From: Lama guanicoe
Lineage: Eukaryota
Reading direction: 5' to 3'
DNA length: 64,000 bases
Assembly (NCBI GenBank): GCA_013239625.1
Contig: MU054001.1
Span: forward strand, 5,567,078 to 5,631,077
Made by a program: the position numbers and the translations under genes. The notes beneath the pieces were generated by a model. That model searched no databases and had not been told where the DNA came from. It saw only the letters and a list, made by a program, of their open reading frames with translations. Shown piece by piece: positions 35,936 to 50,220 of the stretch. How positions within the stretch are numbered: the first letter of the stretch is position 1; every line of letters begins with the position of its first letter.

Positions 35936-38404
35936 ACACAGGTACATTGGGACCGGCAGTGGCCATGACAGAAGCCATGGGGCAGGGCGGAGACAGTGAT
36001 GGGGGAAGCAGAGTTGTGACCCCAGCAGGACTCGAGGTCCAGAGCTTCCCAAGGTGGCCTAGAAACCTCAGCCGTTTTGGCTCTGGGATCTCTCTGGTGG
36101 CAACTCTGGTGGCATCTCTGGTCTCTTCTTGGTCCCAACTGCCCAATTCTTCTGTATTCTCTTGTCTGGTCCAAATCTGATTGGTTTAGCTAATATCCCC
36201 CCACCTGAGGTCAGAGTTCTTTGCCCCAGCTCCCTTCATACATGGCTGACCAATCTATGGATGCACAGTCCTGGGTCGGTGCCCAGCCTTGGTCTGATCA
36301 GCTTCCACCCCTGAGCACAGCCAGCCATTGGCACCTGCCATGGGGCCACAGGAAGGACACTGGATGACAAAGACGCTGTGACTGACACATGAGAAGCAGG
36401 TCTCCTCTCTGTGCCTCTGCCTCCTCTGCTGCCCACCAAGGGCCTGAGTCCCTTTCGTGCCCACATTCTGAGGTTCCCTGGAGAGCGTCACAGGCATCCT
36501 CCGGCGCCTCCCACAGCATCGCTGCTTCCAGCGGCTCCTGCCAGGCAGCTGGGTCACAAGCTCAGGCAAGCTGCAGCTGCCTGGAAGCCCCCTCTGAGGA
36601 GGCTGGGCTACCACAAAGACAGGTATTAGAAGTTGGGGTTGGGGCAGGTGCAGAAAGCTACCTGGGGAGTGCAGGGCCCATCCCTTGCTAAGAAGACACC
36701 CAGGGGAAGGGGGGAGTGGAATAGGCAGCACAGCTCTGAGTCACCACTGCCAGCTGGCGCCAAGGGGCCTCCGGGCAGAGTAAACCCACGAGCTCTCCTG
36801 TGTGCCAGGGCGATGCAGGGACCAGCCGATGGGAAGACCCTCAAATAAATGAACAGAAGGGCTTGTGACCCAAGCAAGTGTCAGCATTTGCGGAGGGAGG
36901 AGCCAAGGCGTCCTATAAAATCGAAGTTAGGTGGCGGGTGCTGGGCGCCCACATTAAAGAGGGGCTGAGTTTTACGCTGTCTTGGCTGATCCCCAGATCT
37001 GCCCTCGACACAGCCCCCCAGCAACCCCTCCTGTGTTTTCACTCGTGGACAGAGCAACGAGTGTTCTCAGAGCACTTGGCCTTCCTCTTTCCCAGGCTGG
37101 GACGTAGGAGTCAGCTGTGTCCACAGCCTTGGCAGAGCACAGTAGAAGGATTAGCTAGCCTCCCGCCGGGCAGTGGCTGATGGCTGGGCAGCGTAGGAAC
37201 TGTGACTCCCAAAGTGTCCAAAAGACAAAAAAGCTGTTTCAAGAATCATAAAATGTAAATCTCAGTTTGTTTTTCCTGTGGCCTTATAAACCTGCCATCA
37301 AGCTAGAAAAGTAGGAGAAAGAAAATTGGGACTAAGCAGAAGGGGTCACCGGGCTCTTCCTTACCCCAAACAAGGGCTGACGGGCATCCAGCCAGTTCCT
37401 GATGTGGGGGGAGACCTCCAAGGTAAGAGACAGAGCGAAAACCTCCCAGGACAGATGGAGGCAAAGGCTCATGCCTCCTGTGCCCTCTGCAGTCCCTGTG
37501 CTGCTTGTCACGAGATGCAGGTTGCTATGGTGATGGGTAGAGGAAAGGTCCAGCTAGGAGACTGGGGAAAGGTCTCAGGGGAAGATGTTGGGGAGGCTAT
37601 TGGCTTGTTCTGTGGTGTACCCCATGAGCCTTTATCAGCTTATTTTCATCTGAGGTGATCTGAAGACTTTCACGGCCTCCCCCTAGTGCTGACTGGCCAC
37701 TGGGTGCCTGAGCCCTCCTGTGACAGGTGACGAGGTGGTCCTAAAGATAAGGGGCCCCATCCTGGAAGGCTTCCTGGAAGAGACACATGTGGGAGTGGGT
37801 CTGAAATGCTGTAACAACCATGGTCTGCAGGGACATGTAGAGGGACAGAGCACTCACTGGGGGATGTGGAGGGAGGATGCGGTGGCACCAAGGCCCCTGC
37901 AGGAATTAGCGAGCTGTGTCCAATGGCCTGGGAAGAGATCAAAGGATTCTCAGCAGGAGGAGGGGTTGCCAAGTGGACCGGAGTCAGACAGAGCACCAGA
38001 GTCTGAAGTTTACCCCGCTCCAATGGCCGCAAGGATCTGCCCTCTGCTGCCACTCACCCTGTCCCCAGCCATCCGGGTCCTCCCCACTCACTGTCACCTT
38101 CTGGTGCCCAAGAGATTCCTGGAAGCATCAGAATTCTGCTTTGAGGTCGCTGGAGCAGGCCTCTGTCTCTCACTAGCTTTGATTAAGCCTCATGCTGTGA
38201 ACACAGAGCCAGGCACTGTGCTCGCTGCCAGGGACAGAACGGACACAGCAGACGGGGTTCTGGCCCTGGTGGAGCTCTCGTCCCAGTGGGGGAAGGAGCC
38301 ATTCCTCCAACACACATGCAAATAGACAATGGCAGTGGTGATAAAGCAAAGAGGGAACGTTGAGGGTACTGTGAGCATATGACAAGGGGGAGGGCGGGGC
38401 AGAG

Positions 38405-38930
38405 GGGCTGGTCAATGCTGCATAACAAATTATCCCCAAATGTAGTGGCTTAAATGACAATCTCTGATTATCTCTCACAGCTTCTGTGGATCAGAAATGT
38501 AGAAAGAAAGGACCCAGTGGGGACTGCTTGTCTCTATGATGCATGGGGATTCAGCTGGAAGACTTGAAGGCTGAGTGCCAGAACCTTCTGGAAGCTCCCT
38601 TGCTCCCATGTGGGCCTGTCCTCACGGTTAGGACTCTCATGTAGCCTCTCTCTGAGGCCTGAGCTTCCTTACAACATAGGAGCTGTGTTCTAAGAATAAG
38701 CATCCCAAGAGAGAAAGGGCTGGGAGGAAGCCACATCGCTTTGTACGGGCTTTGGAAGTCAGGCAGCGTCACTTCCAGCATCTTCTACTGGTCGAAGCAG
38801 CTACTAGGCTCTGGCCAGGTCCAAGTGCAGGAAACAGAGACCCTTCCTCTTGGAAGAGAGCCTCAATGCCACCCCATAAGAGGATGAGGGATGGAATGCA
38901 TACATACTGGAGCAGCCTCCTTGGGAAAAC
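38405..38930 (-). mobile_element. MLT1 (ERVL-MaLR) LTR
   Basis: tgctgcataacaaattatccccaaatgtagtggcttaaa...tctcacagcttctgtggatcagaaat. Confidence 0.75.
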
Positions 38931-41900
38931 AGTGAATCCCTCCCAGAAGCAGGGCTTGTAGGGTTTGCTGGAGTCAGCCAGGCAGGGGGTAGCATATGGA
39001 CAGCGCTGCGGTGGGAAGGAGGCGGGCAGACGTGAGCACCAAAGGGAAGCTGTGCAGGAGCGGAAAGTGAGATGGAAAGCTAGGCAGGGCACAGGGCTCT
39101 GGAAGCCATTGGCTGGGTTTAGGTTCTGAGCCTGAGGGCACCGTGAAGCCAGGAAGTGACCTGATCAAACAGATGATCTAAAATGCTCGTCAGCTGCCAT
39201 GTGGAGATGGCCTGGGAGGAGCAGGAGTGTATGAATGGAGACAAAAGTGTCATTCCCACCTGAATCTGAGAACCCACATGCCTGGCATCAGAGGAGGGAG
39301 CACTGATCCCATCCAGGGGTGTGACTCAAAAAGGCCCCCAGAGAAGATTGGGTGGGACTGGCAGGGTGGCGCCCGGCGAAGGGGGCGAGGTGTACCGGAA
39401 GGGAGCCGGAGCCAGTGTAAACTGTGGGCTGCCACCAGAGCTCCTGGACCTGCTGACGAACATATAAAATCTCTACCACAGGTACAAACCCGCCTGAGGC
39501 CAGCCCCAGGTTAAAGGAGTGCTGTGTTTCTTGGCACTTTTCAGTGACATTTCTTGATCTTTCTCAACAAAATGAAACCTGTTTGGAGCCCCTGTTTGCC
39601 AAGGCGGACCCGACACTCCTGTGGGGTTGTGCAAGGGCTCCAGAACGATGCCCTCCAAGATCCATGGGGCCAGGCCCTGCCTCTCAGCTGGAGTGTCCCA
39701 TGCCGGGGCCCCTTGTTTAAAATGAAGAGGCCCATTGGAAGACAGACATCTCTAGGCCCAGGTCAGGCACAAGGGTGTGGTTGAGGCTGCCAAAGACAGG
39801 ACGACCCCACTCCACAGCAACCCAAGGACCTGCCACTTCCCAGGGCCGCGTCTCCACAGTGGGGAGAAATGCCTGCTTCCGAGAGTCCAGCTTCTGCTGT
39901 TGGACCCCTCCCTTCCTCCTGCGAAGCCCACAACCCAGGCCCTCCTTGCCTCAGCCATCCAGCGCAACCCTGCCGGTGAGCCCCCATCTTCATCAACAAA
40001 GCCTCTCTGAGGATTCTGCCGGGAACCCAGATGGGCCACTCATGTCCACCCATGGGCTTCAGGGCAGTCCCAGGCCTGGCTTCCAAATTCTGGGGTTTGC
40101 TTGGACACCCTGCATGTTGACCGCAGTGGCCAGCAGATTCCAGGTTACACGGATAAATAAATCACCTGTTGCATTGCCTTTAGGTGACAACATGGCGAGG
40201 CCTCTGCTTCCCCAATGGTGGAGGGAAGGGTTGGCCCAACTGATCTCGGAGGGACCCTCCAGCCGGGCTATTCTGAGATTCTTGGTGAGGAGAGTCAAAT
40301 GCAGCAGCAACAGCATGGAGGGAGCCCCTCCCCCAGGTCTGCTGGGCAGGGCCGGACAGACAGCCCCACCAGAGGCTCCCAAAGCAGCAGACAGCCACCG
40401 CCCAGGGAGGCTCACCTCCCAGACAAAGGCTGCCTTTTCTCGTCTTCCCACATGCGCTTCCAAAACAAAACCCAACACGCTCCTCCAGCCACCTGCTTGC
40501 TCCTGCAAGTCACGAACAAGGATAGCAGACCAGGGTCACTTCCCTCGAGTCCTTAGGGATCCCAGCAGACCTGAATCCAGCCAGGTATGGGGAGAGGAGC
40601 CAGAGGGTGGACATTAAGCCCCTAAGTGCTCTATGTCAATGTCAGGGTTCTGACTTGTGGGAGCCAGGCCAGCAAATGGCTTTGCAGAAGCTGAGTGAAG
40701 TTTAGTGGCAGGGGCCACCTGGCCATTGGCCTGCCTGAGATGCAGGAGGCTCAGTCTAGAGCCAGGAGCCGGGGGCTTCAGCCTGGTGGACCCTGAGCTG
40801 GAGTTCTGCTCTGGATGCCCAGTCAAGCCTCACTGCTGGGACTGATTTGGGGGCCTGTTCTAAGGTTCTGAGCAGCCTCGATATTTAGAACTCAAGGCTC
40901 CTCTCTCTTTGACTTCTCTTTCGTCCTGGTCACCTCATCTCTAGTGGACTGCTTGCCCTTTTCTATAACATCCACTCCACCCTCAACCACAGTCACACTG
41001 CCCCTAGCGCTGCTGCCCAGGGCTCTGGGGTCTTCTTGCTGGGCGACCCTGGAAGTGCTCGTGGTTTTTAGGGCAATGCCAGCACACTCAGACTCTCTTG
41101 GGGCCAAATAATAGCTTCCCACTTTTTAAGTGCGTATTGTGTTTCTGACAATCAACAAAGTGACACAGTCCCCCATTGCCTACACACTCTCAATAGAGGT
41201 GCATTGGTTACAATCAGTGAACCTATATTATCACCCAAAGTCCATAGTCTGCATTAGGGTCACTTTTGGTTTTGGATATTCTGTGGGTTTGGACAAATGT
41301 ATAATGACATATACCACACAGAATAATTTCGCTGCCTTAAAAAATCATCTGTACTCCACCTGTTCATCCCTCCTTCTCCTCAACCACAGATCCTTCTACT
41401 GTCTCCAGCATTCTGCCTTTTCCAGAATGTCGTACAGCTGGAATCAGTCTCTAGCCTTTTCTTTCACTTAGTCATGTGCCCTTAAATTCCCTGCCTGTCT
41501 TTACATAGTTTGATAGCTCATTTCTTTTCAAGGCTGAATAATATTCCATTGTCTGGATGCACCACAGTTTCTGTATTTGCTCACCAATTAAAGGACATCT
41601 TGGTTGATTCCATGTTTTGACAACTAAGAATAAAGCTGCTATAAACATCCATGTACAGATGTTTGTGTCGACATTAGTTTTCAGTTCATTTGGGTAAGTA
41701 CCAAGGACTGTGATTCCTGTATCTTATGGTAAGAATACGTTTCATTTTGTAGGAAGACACCAAAACTGTCTTCCAAAGTGTCTGTACCCTTCTGCATCCC
41801 TAACAGCAACAGGAATCCCTGTTTCTCCACATCCTCACTAGCATTTTGCATTGTCAGTGTTTTGGATTTTGGTCATTCTAATAGGCGTGCAGTGGCACTA

Positions 41901-42072
41901 CATTGTTTTAGTTTGCAGTTCCCTAATGACACATAATGTTACACATCTTGTTATATGCTTACTTGCCATCTGTACGTCTTTTTTTTTGATGAGGTGTCTG
42001 TGAAGATCTTTCACCCATTTTTTGATTCGTTTGTCCATTTTTATTGTTGAATTTTAAGACTTCTTTCTCTAT

Positions 42073-42172
42073 TTTGTTTTTTTTTTCTTTAATGGAGGTA
42101 CTGAGGATAGAACCCAGGACCTCATGCATGCTAAGCATGCACTCTACCACTGAGCTATTACCCACCCCCTCC
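42073..42172 (-). mobile_element. tRNA-derived SINE (short form) inside the old L1
   Basis: A/B boxes; TSD aagacttctttctctat 42056-42072 / aagacctctttctatat 42173-42189. Confidence 0.9.
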
Positions 42173-42982
42173 AAGACCTCTTTCTATATCTCAAATAACC
42201 TTTATCGACTGGATGGTCTTTTGCAAAATACTTTCTCCCAGTCTGTTGCTAGTCTTCTCATTCTCTTGACAGTGTCTTTTGCATAGAATAAGTTTTAATT
42301 TAAATGAAATCTAGATTATAATTTATTTCTTTCATGAATTGTGCCTTTGATATTGCATCTAAAAACTCATCAGCATACTCAAGGTCACCTAGGATTTCTC
42401 CTAGGCTATCTTCTAGGAGTTTAATAGTTTTGTATTTTATATTTAGTTCCATAGTCCATTTTGAGTTAATTTTTGTGAAGAATATAAGATCTGTGTCTAG
42501 ATTTTTTTTTTGCACGTACAAGTCCAGTTGTTTCAGCGCCATTTGCCGAAAAGACTACCTTTGCTCTATTGTGTTTATTACCTTTGCTCTTTTATCAAAG
42601 ATCAGCTCACTATATTTATATGGGTTCATTTCTGGGATCTTGAGTCTGTCTCACTGAACTGTCTGTTCTTTTACCACAGCACACTGATTACTGTAGCTTA
42701 AGAATAAGTCTTGAAGTTGAGTAATGTCAGTCATCCCACTTTCTTCTTCAATGTTGTGTTGCTATTCTTGGTTTTTGCCTCTCCTAAACTGACATCTTGA
42801 CAATATTGAGCCTTTCTTTCCATGACTATGGAACATCTCTCCATTTATGTAGTTATTCCTTGATTTCATTATTAAGAGTTTTTGTAGTTTTCCTCATAGA
42901 AATATTTAAAGAATTGAGAGAAAAAAATCACCAACCTAGAATTCTGTGCCCTGAAAAATTGTCCTTCAGAAATTAAGGAGAA

Positions 42983-45900
42983 TAGGAGCACCTAAGTACA
43001 TAAAACAACTATTAACAGAGATAAAGGGGGAAATTCTTGGGAATAAAATCATTGTCGGAGATTTTAACACTGCATTAACATCACTAGACAGATCTTCCAG
43101 ACAGAAAATAAAAAAGGCAACAGAGAAATTAAATGATACAATAGAAAAATTAGATTTGGTGGATATTTTTAGAGCATTACACCCCCAAAAAACAGGATAT
43201 ACATTCTTTTCAAGTGCACATGGAACATTTTCTAGGATTGATCATGTACTTGGGCACAAAAGAAGCCTCAACAATTTTAAGAAAATAGAAATTATCTCAA
43301 GCATCTTTACTGACCACAATGCCATGAAACTAGAAATTAACTACAGAGAAACAAAGGAGAAAAAGAGGAAAGCATGAAGATTAAACAACATGCTATTAAA
43401 AAAAATAGGTCAATGATGAAATCAAAGTTGAAATTAAAAAATACTTTGAGACAAGTGAAAATGAAAACACAACCACACAAAATTTATGGGACACAGCCAA
43501 GGCAGTGCTAAGAGGGAAGTTTATAGCGATACAGGCCTTCCTCAAAAAAGAAGAACAATATCAAATAAACAATCTAACCCACCAGCTAAAAGAACTAGAA
43601 AAAGAAGAGCAAAAAAACCCAAAAGGCAGCAGAAGGAAGGAAATAATAAAGATCAGGGAGGAAATAAATAAAATAGAGATTTAAAAAAATAGAAAAAAAT
43701 CAATCAAACCAAAAGCTGGTTTCTTGAAAGAGTAAATAAAATTGACAAACTTCTGGCCAAACTTACAAAGAAGAAAAAAGAGAGAGCACAAATAAGCAAA
43801 ATAAGAAAGGAAAATGGAGAAACTACAACAAATAACATAGAAATACAGAATATCATATGAGAATATTATGAAAAACTATACAGAATCAAAATGGATAATC
43901 TAGAGGAGATGGACAAGTTTCTGGAAACATACAGTCCACCAAAACTGAATCAAGAAGAAACTGAACACTTGAACAAACCAATCACTAGAAATGAAATCAA
44001 AATAGCAATAAAAAACCTCCCTACAAATAAAGGTCCAGGACCAGATGGCTTCACTGGGGAATTCTACCAAACATACAAAGAAGAACTCATACCAGTCCTT
44101 CTCAAATGCTTCCAGAGATTGAAAAGGAGGGAATACTCCCAAACTCATTCTATGAAGCCACCATCACCCTGAAACCAAAACCAGGCAAAGATACCACCAA
44201 AAAAGAGAATTACAGACCACTATCACTGATGAACATAGATGCAAAAATCCTTACCAAAATATTATCAAATAGAATCCAACAGCACATAAAAAAGATTATA
44301 CATCATGTTCAAGTGGGGCTCATCCCAGGGACACAAGGGTGGCTCAATATATGCAAATCAATCAATGTAATACATCACATCAACAAGAGAAAGGACAAAA
44401 ACTACATGACCATCTCAGTCGATGCAGAAAAAGCTTTTGATAAAACTCAACACCCATTTATGATAAAACCTCTCACCAAAGTGGGTATAGTGGGAACATA
44501 TCTCAACATAATAAAAACTATATATGACAAACCTACAGCCAGCATAGTACTCAGTGGTGAAAAACTCAAAAGCTTCCCACTAAATCTGGGACAAGACAAG
44601 GATGCCCACTATCACCACTCCTATTCAACATAGTCTTGGAAGTCCTAGCCACAGCAATCAGGCAAGAGAGAGAAATGAAAGGGATCCGAATTGGAAAAGA
44701 AGAGGTTAAAGTGTCACTATATGCTGACGACATGTTACTATATATAGAAGACCCTAAAAGGTCCACACAAAAACTACTAAAGCTGATCAAAGAATTCAGC
44801 AAGGTAGCAGGTTACAAGATTAACGTTCAAAAATCAGTTGCATTTCTTTACACTAACGATAAATCAACAGAAAAAGAAAGTAAAGAAACAATCCCCTTTA
44901 AAATAGCACCCAAAGTAATAAAATATCTGGGAATAAATCTAACCAAGGAGGTGAAAGAATTATACACAGAAAACTATAAACCACTGATGAAGGAAATTAA
45001 AGAAGNNNNNNNNNNNNNNNNNNNNNNNNNNNNCTCTTGGATTGGAAGAATCAATATTGTTAAAATGGTCACACTGCCCAAGGCAATCTACAGATTTAAT
45101 GCAATCCCTATCAAATTACCAAGGATATATTTCACAGAATTAGAACAAATCATAACAAAATTTACATGGAACCACAAAAGACCTGAAATTGCCAAAACAT
45201 TACTGAAGAAAAAGAAAGAGGCTGGAGGAATAACTCTCCCAGACTTCAGACAATACTATAGAGCTACAGTCATCAAGACAGCATGGTATTGGTACAAAAA
45301 CAGACATATGGACCAATGGTACAGAATAGAGAGCCCAGAAATGAACCCACAAACTTTTGGTCAACTCATCTTCGACAAAGGAGGCAAGAATATACAATGG
45401 AATAAAGACAGTCTCTTCAGCAAATGGTGTTGGGAAAACTGGACAGCAGCATGTAAAACAATGAAGCTAGAACACACCCTTACACCATATACAAAAATCA
45501 ACTCAAAATGGATTAAAGACTTAAACATAAGACAAGATACAATAAACCTCCTAGAGGAAAACATAGGCAAAACATTATCTGACATACATTTCAAAAATTT
45601 TCTCCTAGAAGAAATAAAAGCAAGAATAAACAAATGGGACCTAATGAAACTTACAAGCTTCTGCAGAGCAAAGGAAACCAGAAATAAAACAAGAAGAAAA
45701 CCTACGGAATGGGAGAAAATTTTTGCAAGTGAAACCGACAAAGGCTTGATCTCCAAAATATATAAGCAGCTCATATGACTTAATAAGAAAAAAACAAACA
45801 ACCCAATCTAAAAATGGGCAAAAGACCTAAACAAGCAATTCTCCAAGGAAGACATACAAATAATCAATAGGCACACCAAAAAATGCTCAATATCACTAAT

Positions 45901-46746
45901 TATCAGAGAAATGCAAACCAAAACTACAATGAGAGATCATCGCACACCAGTCAGAATGGTCATCATTCAAAAGTCCACAAATGACAAATCCTGGAGAGGC
46001 TGTGGAGAAAAGGGAACCCTCCTACACTGCTGGTGGGAATGCAGTTTGGTGCAGCCACTGTGGAAAACAGCATGGAGATTCCTCTAAAGACTAGGAATAG
46101 ACTTACCATATGACCCAGGAATCCAATTCCTGGGCATATATCCAGAAGGAACCCTACTTCAAAAAGACACCTGCACCCCAATGTTCATAGCAGCATTATT
46201 TACAATAGCCAAGACATGGAAACAGCCTAAATGTCCATTAACAGATGACTGGATAAAGAAGAAATGGTACATTTATACAAAGGAATACTATTCAGCCATA
46301 AAAATGACAACATAATGCCATTTGCGGTAACATGGATGTTCCTGGAGAATGTCATTCTAAGTGAAGTAAGCCAGAAAGAGAAAGAAAAATATCATATGAG
46401 ATCACTCATATGTGGAATCTAAAAAAAAAAAAAAAGAACATAAATACAAAACAGAAACAGACTCACAGACATATTTGTGGTTGCCAAGGAGGAGAATGGT
46501 AGGAAGGGATAGACTGGAATTTCAAAATCTGTAGATACTTAGAGTCATATGTAGAATAGATAAACACAAGATTATACTGTATAGCACAGGGAAATATATA
46601 CAAGATCTTGTGGTAGCTCACAGAGAAAAAAAAATGTGACAATGAATATATATATGTTCATTGTATAACTGAAAAATTGTGCTCTACACTGTAATTTGAC
46701 ACAACATTGTAAAATGACTATACCTCAATAAAAATGTTTAAAAAAA
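42983..46746 (+). mobile_element. Younger 5'-truncated LINE-1 (ORF2 EN/RT and 3'UTR) inserted into an old L1
   Basis: ORFs 43156-45778 include YTFFSSAHGTFSRIDH, LYADDM, WCWENW; AATAAA 46727-46732; TSD agaaattaaggagaa (~42968-42982) / agaagtttaggagaa (~46746-46760). Confidence 0.97.
45006..45033. other. Assembly gap (28 N) inside L1 ORF2
   Basis: Run of 28 n characters. Confidence 1.
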
Positions 46747-48497
46747 GAAGTTTAGGAGAAATTAAGACTTTCTGAGGCAAATAAAAATTGAGGTAATTTG
46801 CTCTCAGTTGACCTGTCTTGAAAGAAATGTTAAAAGAAGTTCTTCAGAGAGAAGGAAAATGACATAGATCCGAAGCTCTGATCTACATAAAGCAAGAGCA
46901 TCAGAGAATGAATAAGCAGATGTAAAATAAAACCTTATTTTTATTATTATAATTGATATTAGATATCTCATTGCACTCTTTTCTTGCTTACATAGAGAGA
47001 AGTCAGATATAATTCTTATCTTTGCTCTTCTATAGGTAACAATTTTTTTCCTCTGGTGTCTCAAATTTTTTTCTTTGTCTTTGATTTTCTGAAGATTAAA
47101 AAATAATACGTCTAGGTGTTGTTTTGTTTTCGTGTCTGGTGTCTTATTTATCCTGTTTGGTGTTTTCTGAGCTTCCTGGATCTGTAGTTTAGTGTCTAAC
47201 ATTTATTGTGGAAAGTTCTCAGTCATTATTACTTCAACTACTGCTTCTGTTTCTTTCTCTCTTTCTTCTGTTATTCTCATTACACTTTTTAAGTTGTCCC
47301 ATGATTCTTAGATGTTTTATTCTGTGGGGTTTTTTTTTTAAGACTTTTTTCACTTTGCTTTTCAATTTTGGAAGTTTCCACTGTCATATTTTCAAGCTCA
47401 AGTAGTGTTTCCTCAGCCATGAATGGGCTCATTGTCAGACTGGACATATGAGCCCATCGAAAGCATTCTTCATTTCTGTTACAGTTTCTTTTTTAAATCT
47501 CTAGCATCTCTTTTCGATTCTTTCTTAGAAATTACATGTTTATGCTGACTTTATCCACCTATTCTTGCATGTTGTCTACTTTTTCCATCAAATCCCTTAG
47601 CATGTTAATCATAGTTTAAAAAAAATTCCTGGCCTGGTCATTCTGACATTCATGCCGTATCTGACTCTGCTTCTGATGATTGTTCAGGCTCTTCAAACTG
47701 TAGTTTTTGCCTGTTCATGTGTCTTGTAATTTGTTGTTGTTGTTGTTGTTGTTGAAAGGCAGATGTGATATACTGGATAAGAAACTGTGGTAAAGAGGCC
47801 TTTAGTAATGCCGTGGTGAGGTGTAGGGGGTGGGGAAGCACCTGTAGCCCCGTGATTAGGCCCCACTCTTTTGGTGAGCCTGTGCCCTGAATTATGGGCT
47901 ACACCAGTGTCTCATTTGTCCCCCACCCTGCCTTCAGTGGGGCGAGACGGCTGTGAGGAGGCTGGATCTCTGTGCTTCCCTTCCCCCATATGGTAGGCTA
48001 GGGTGGGCTAGAGTTGCATATTTCTCTCCTCCCAAATTGGTCAGGCTCTGATAAAACCCCAGTAGTTTAGGCTCTGGCAAAATCAATTCTCCTGGCCTCT
48101 TGAGAAGAACAAAGAGCTGTGGCATATTTCAGAATGATCACTTTTCCCTTCCCCCTGTCGGAGCACAAGGGGATTTTTTTTTTTCCTTCAGTATTTACCT
48201 TGCAGAGCTCCTGGAGGTAAAACTCACAGACACATGGGGCACCCTCATGACAGGGTCCCCCTGGAGTTTTTAACTCTCAGAACTGTTCACATTGAGCCTC
48301 CAGCAACTCATAAGTTACAGCTCAGGTTTTCCTACCCCTGGGCTGGTTCTCATAGATGTTCTTGCTCCAACAAGCTGTGATTCTCTGTATCCAGCCTGTC
48401 TATGTCTCCAATTTGGGGGTGAGGAGCAACTTTTTGCCTTGGGACCCCACTTCTCTGATGGATTTAGGAAGAGTTGTTAATTTTTCAGTTTGCTCAG

Positions 48498-50220
48498 GTT
48501 TTTTTAATTTTGTCTGCAAATGACATTTATTATTAAAGAAGGTGCTTTATTAATTCCTCTGGCAGCACTAGTGAATTACAATACCCTTCAATATTATTTC
48601 TAACCATAATACATACATTCAACTTTCATGCCTCTAGGAAAACATATACAGTATATTTCATAATAGAAAAATACATTACAAATCTGCTGAATTATTTACA
48701 GGCAATGTTCTATTATCTCTATGCAACATTTGTTTGATACAATACTAACAAGCTACACATATTTCCATTTCTGTAATTAAAAAAAATCCATATGGCTTCT
48801 TGATTATTAAGCAAGAAAGTGATTTTATTTTCCTTTTCAAAACCAACTTTGGTGTATAAAGAATTCAGTTTGAAGATACTTTTTTAAAAATACAATTTTT
48901 CTTATGTTAAGAAAAAGACAACAACTCATAAACTAAATGCTTCCCTCAGGGGAAAAAAAATAAAAGTTTATATAACTTAAAATGAAAACATAAGGATTAT
49001 TAAATAATGTGAAATAGAGGTTTTTCAAAAACCATGAACAGATTAGTTACCTGGGTAAATATTACCATGCTGTACTCCATGAGAAAACCCTAGTCCTGAA
49101 AGGGGAGCCACCAGACGTACTGCAACACTCTTTAACAGAAATTTTCAGCCCTAATTCCATCAATGAATTTTTAGTTGATGGCAAATGTCATTCATTGTTT
49201 GCTTAAATACAAATTGAACACTTTTCTTATCAGAGTTCTGCGAAAGAACAAAAATGGCAACCAATCACATCTATTGATGATAATTGAAAGGTGAATTATC
49301 TCGACAATTTGCATTGTCTAAATATTTCCTAATATGACTTGAAGTATCCTTACAGTGCTTTTGGTATTTGTAAGGGTACATGTTGTAATTGTTGTTCCAA
49401 TATAAACTACTGTAATTACTAAAAGTTTAAAAAAAAAAAAAAGCAGCTTAAAGCAGCAAGCATGCAAAGGCTTTTAGAAGCTGTTTCACTAAGTTGCCAG
49501 AAGAGTGTTTGCTCAGTCTCCCCCAGTACTATTCCATGAAAATGTGGATATTCAGTAATACATTAATATATTCCACAGAAAAGCCTACTTCATTTACAGA
49601 ATGTTTACACTAAGCATGCATATTATTCTAAATACTGGATTTAAGAAATAAAAAAAGGAAGAGGTTTGACTCTAACGGGTAACTTTTACTAAACCCATTG
49701 TCGATGACTAAGACTGCAGGTGTCCCCGCTTGTTCGCTTTCTATGTATTTATTTATTTATTGCCTCTTCAACCTCTTCTGCGGCATTGTTCTGTATATGT
49801 TTGGATCCAAAAGCAAGGCAGTTTTTAATTGATATCGCACACTTTCATTCACCCACACATCAGGCAGAAGGTCTTCAGGCATCCAATAAAGCGAAAGCTC
49901 TATCTTTCCAGAATCCTGTTTTCTCTTAGCTATTACAGTACTGTGAGAAACAACACTGTGTCCCTTCCCTGAACTTTCTATGTGAGCTGAGATGTTAAAG
50001 CATATGGCTTGATGTCTTACTGTATCCTGTGTTTGTACATCTAAGAAATCCTATGGTTGTGGTAATGAGCGTCATCTTTTGTTCTTTCATTTCCTCCTTT
50101 TGTTCATTCCAGCTTTAGAAGGAGACCCTTCTTTGGCCTTTGGCTGGCTGGAAACTTTTGAGGAGTTCTGCTGACTGTGTTTGGGTACCTGGGGAGCCCG
50201 CCCTCCACTGTGTATCAACA
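48498..50220 (-). pseudogene. AEBP2: AEBP2 processed pseudogene (5'-truncated; C-terminal CDS plus ~1.2 kb 3'UTR)
   Basis: Minus strand translates [26 protein letters not shown]...[55 protein letters not shown]...[19 protein letters not shown] with no introns. AATAAA (tttatt 48526-48531 on +), degraded T-tail; TSD tcagtttgctcaggttttt 48485-48503 / tcaatttgttcagcttttt 50221-50239. Confidence 0.93.

Noticed and set aside
36910..36922. TATA-like cctataaaa
   Set aside because: No CpG island, exon or credible ORF downstream; such hexamers occur by chance.
39775..40617. 280-aa + strand ORF
   Set aside because: Non-ATG start, Pro/Ser/Arg-rich composition typical of GC-rich noncoding DNA, no recognisable domain or splice structure.
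44636..45778. 380-aa RT-containing ORF as an active or domesticated gene
   Set aside because: Part of a 5'-truncated L1 with upstream frameshifts and stops and a premature stop at 45778.
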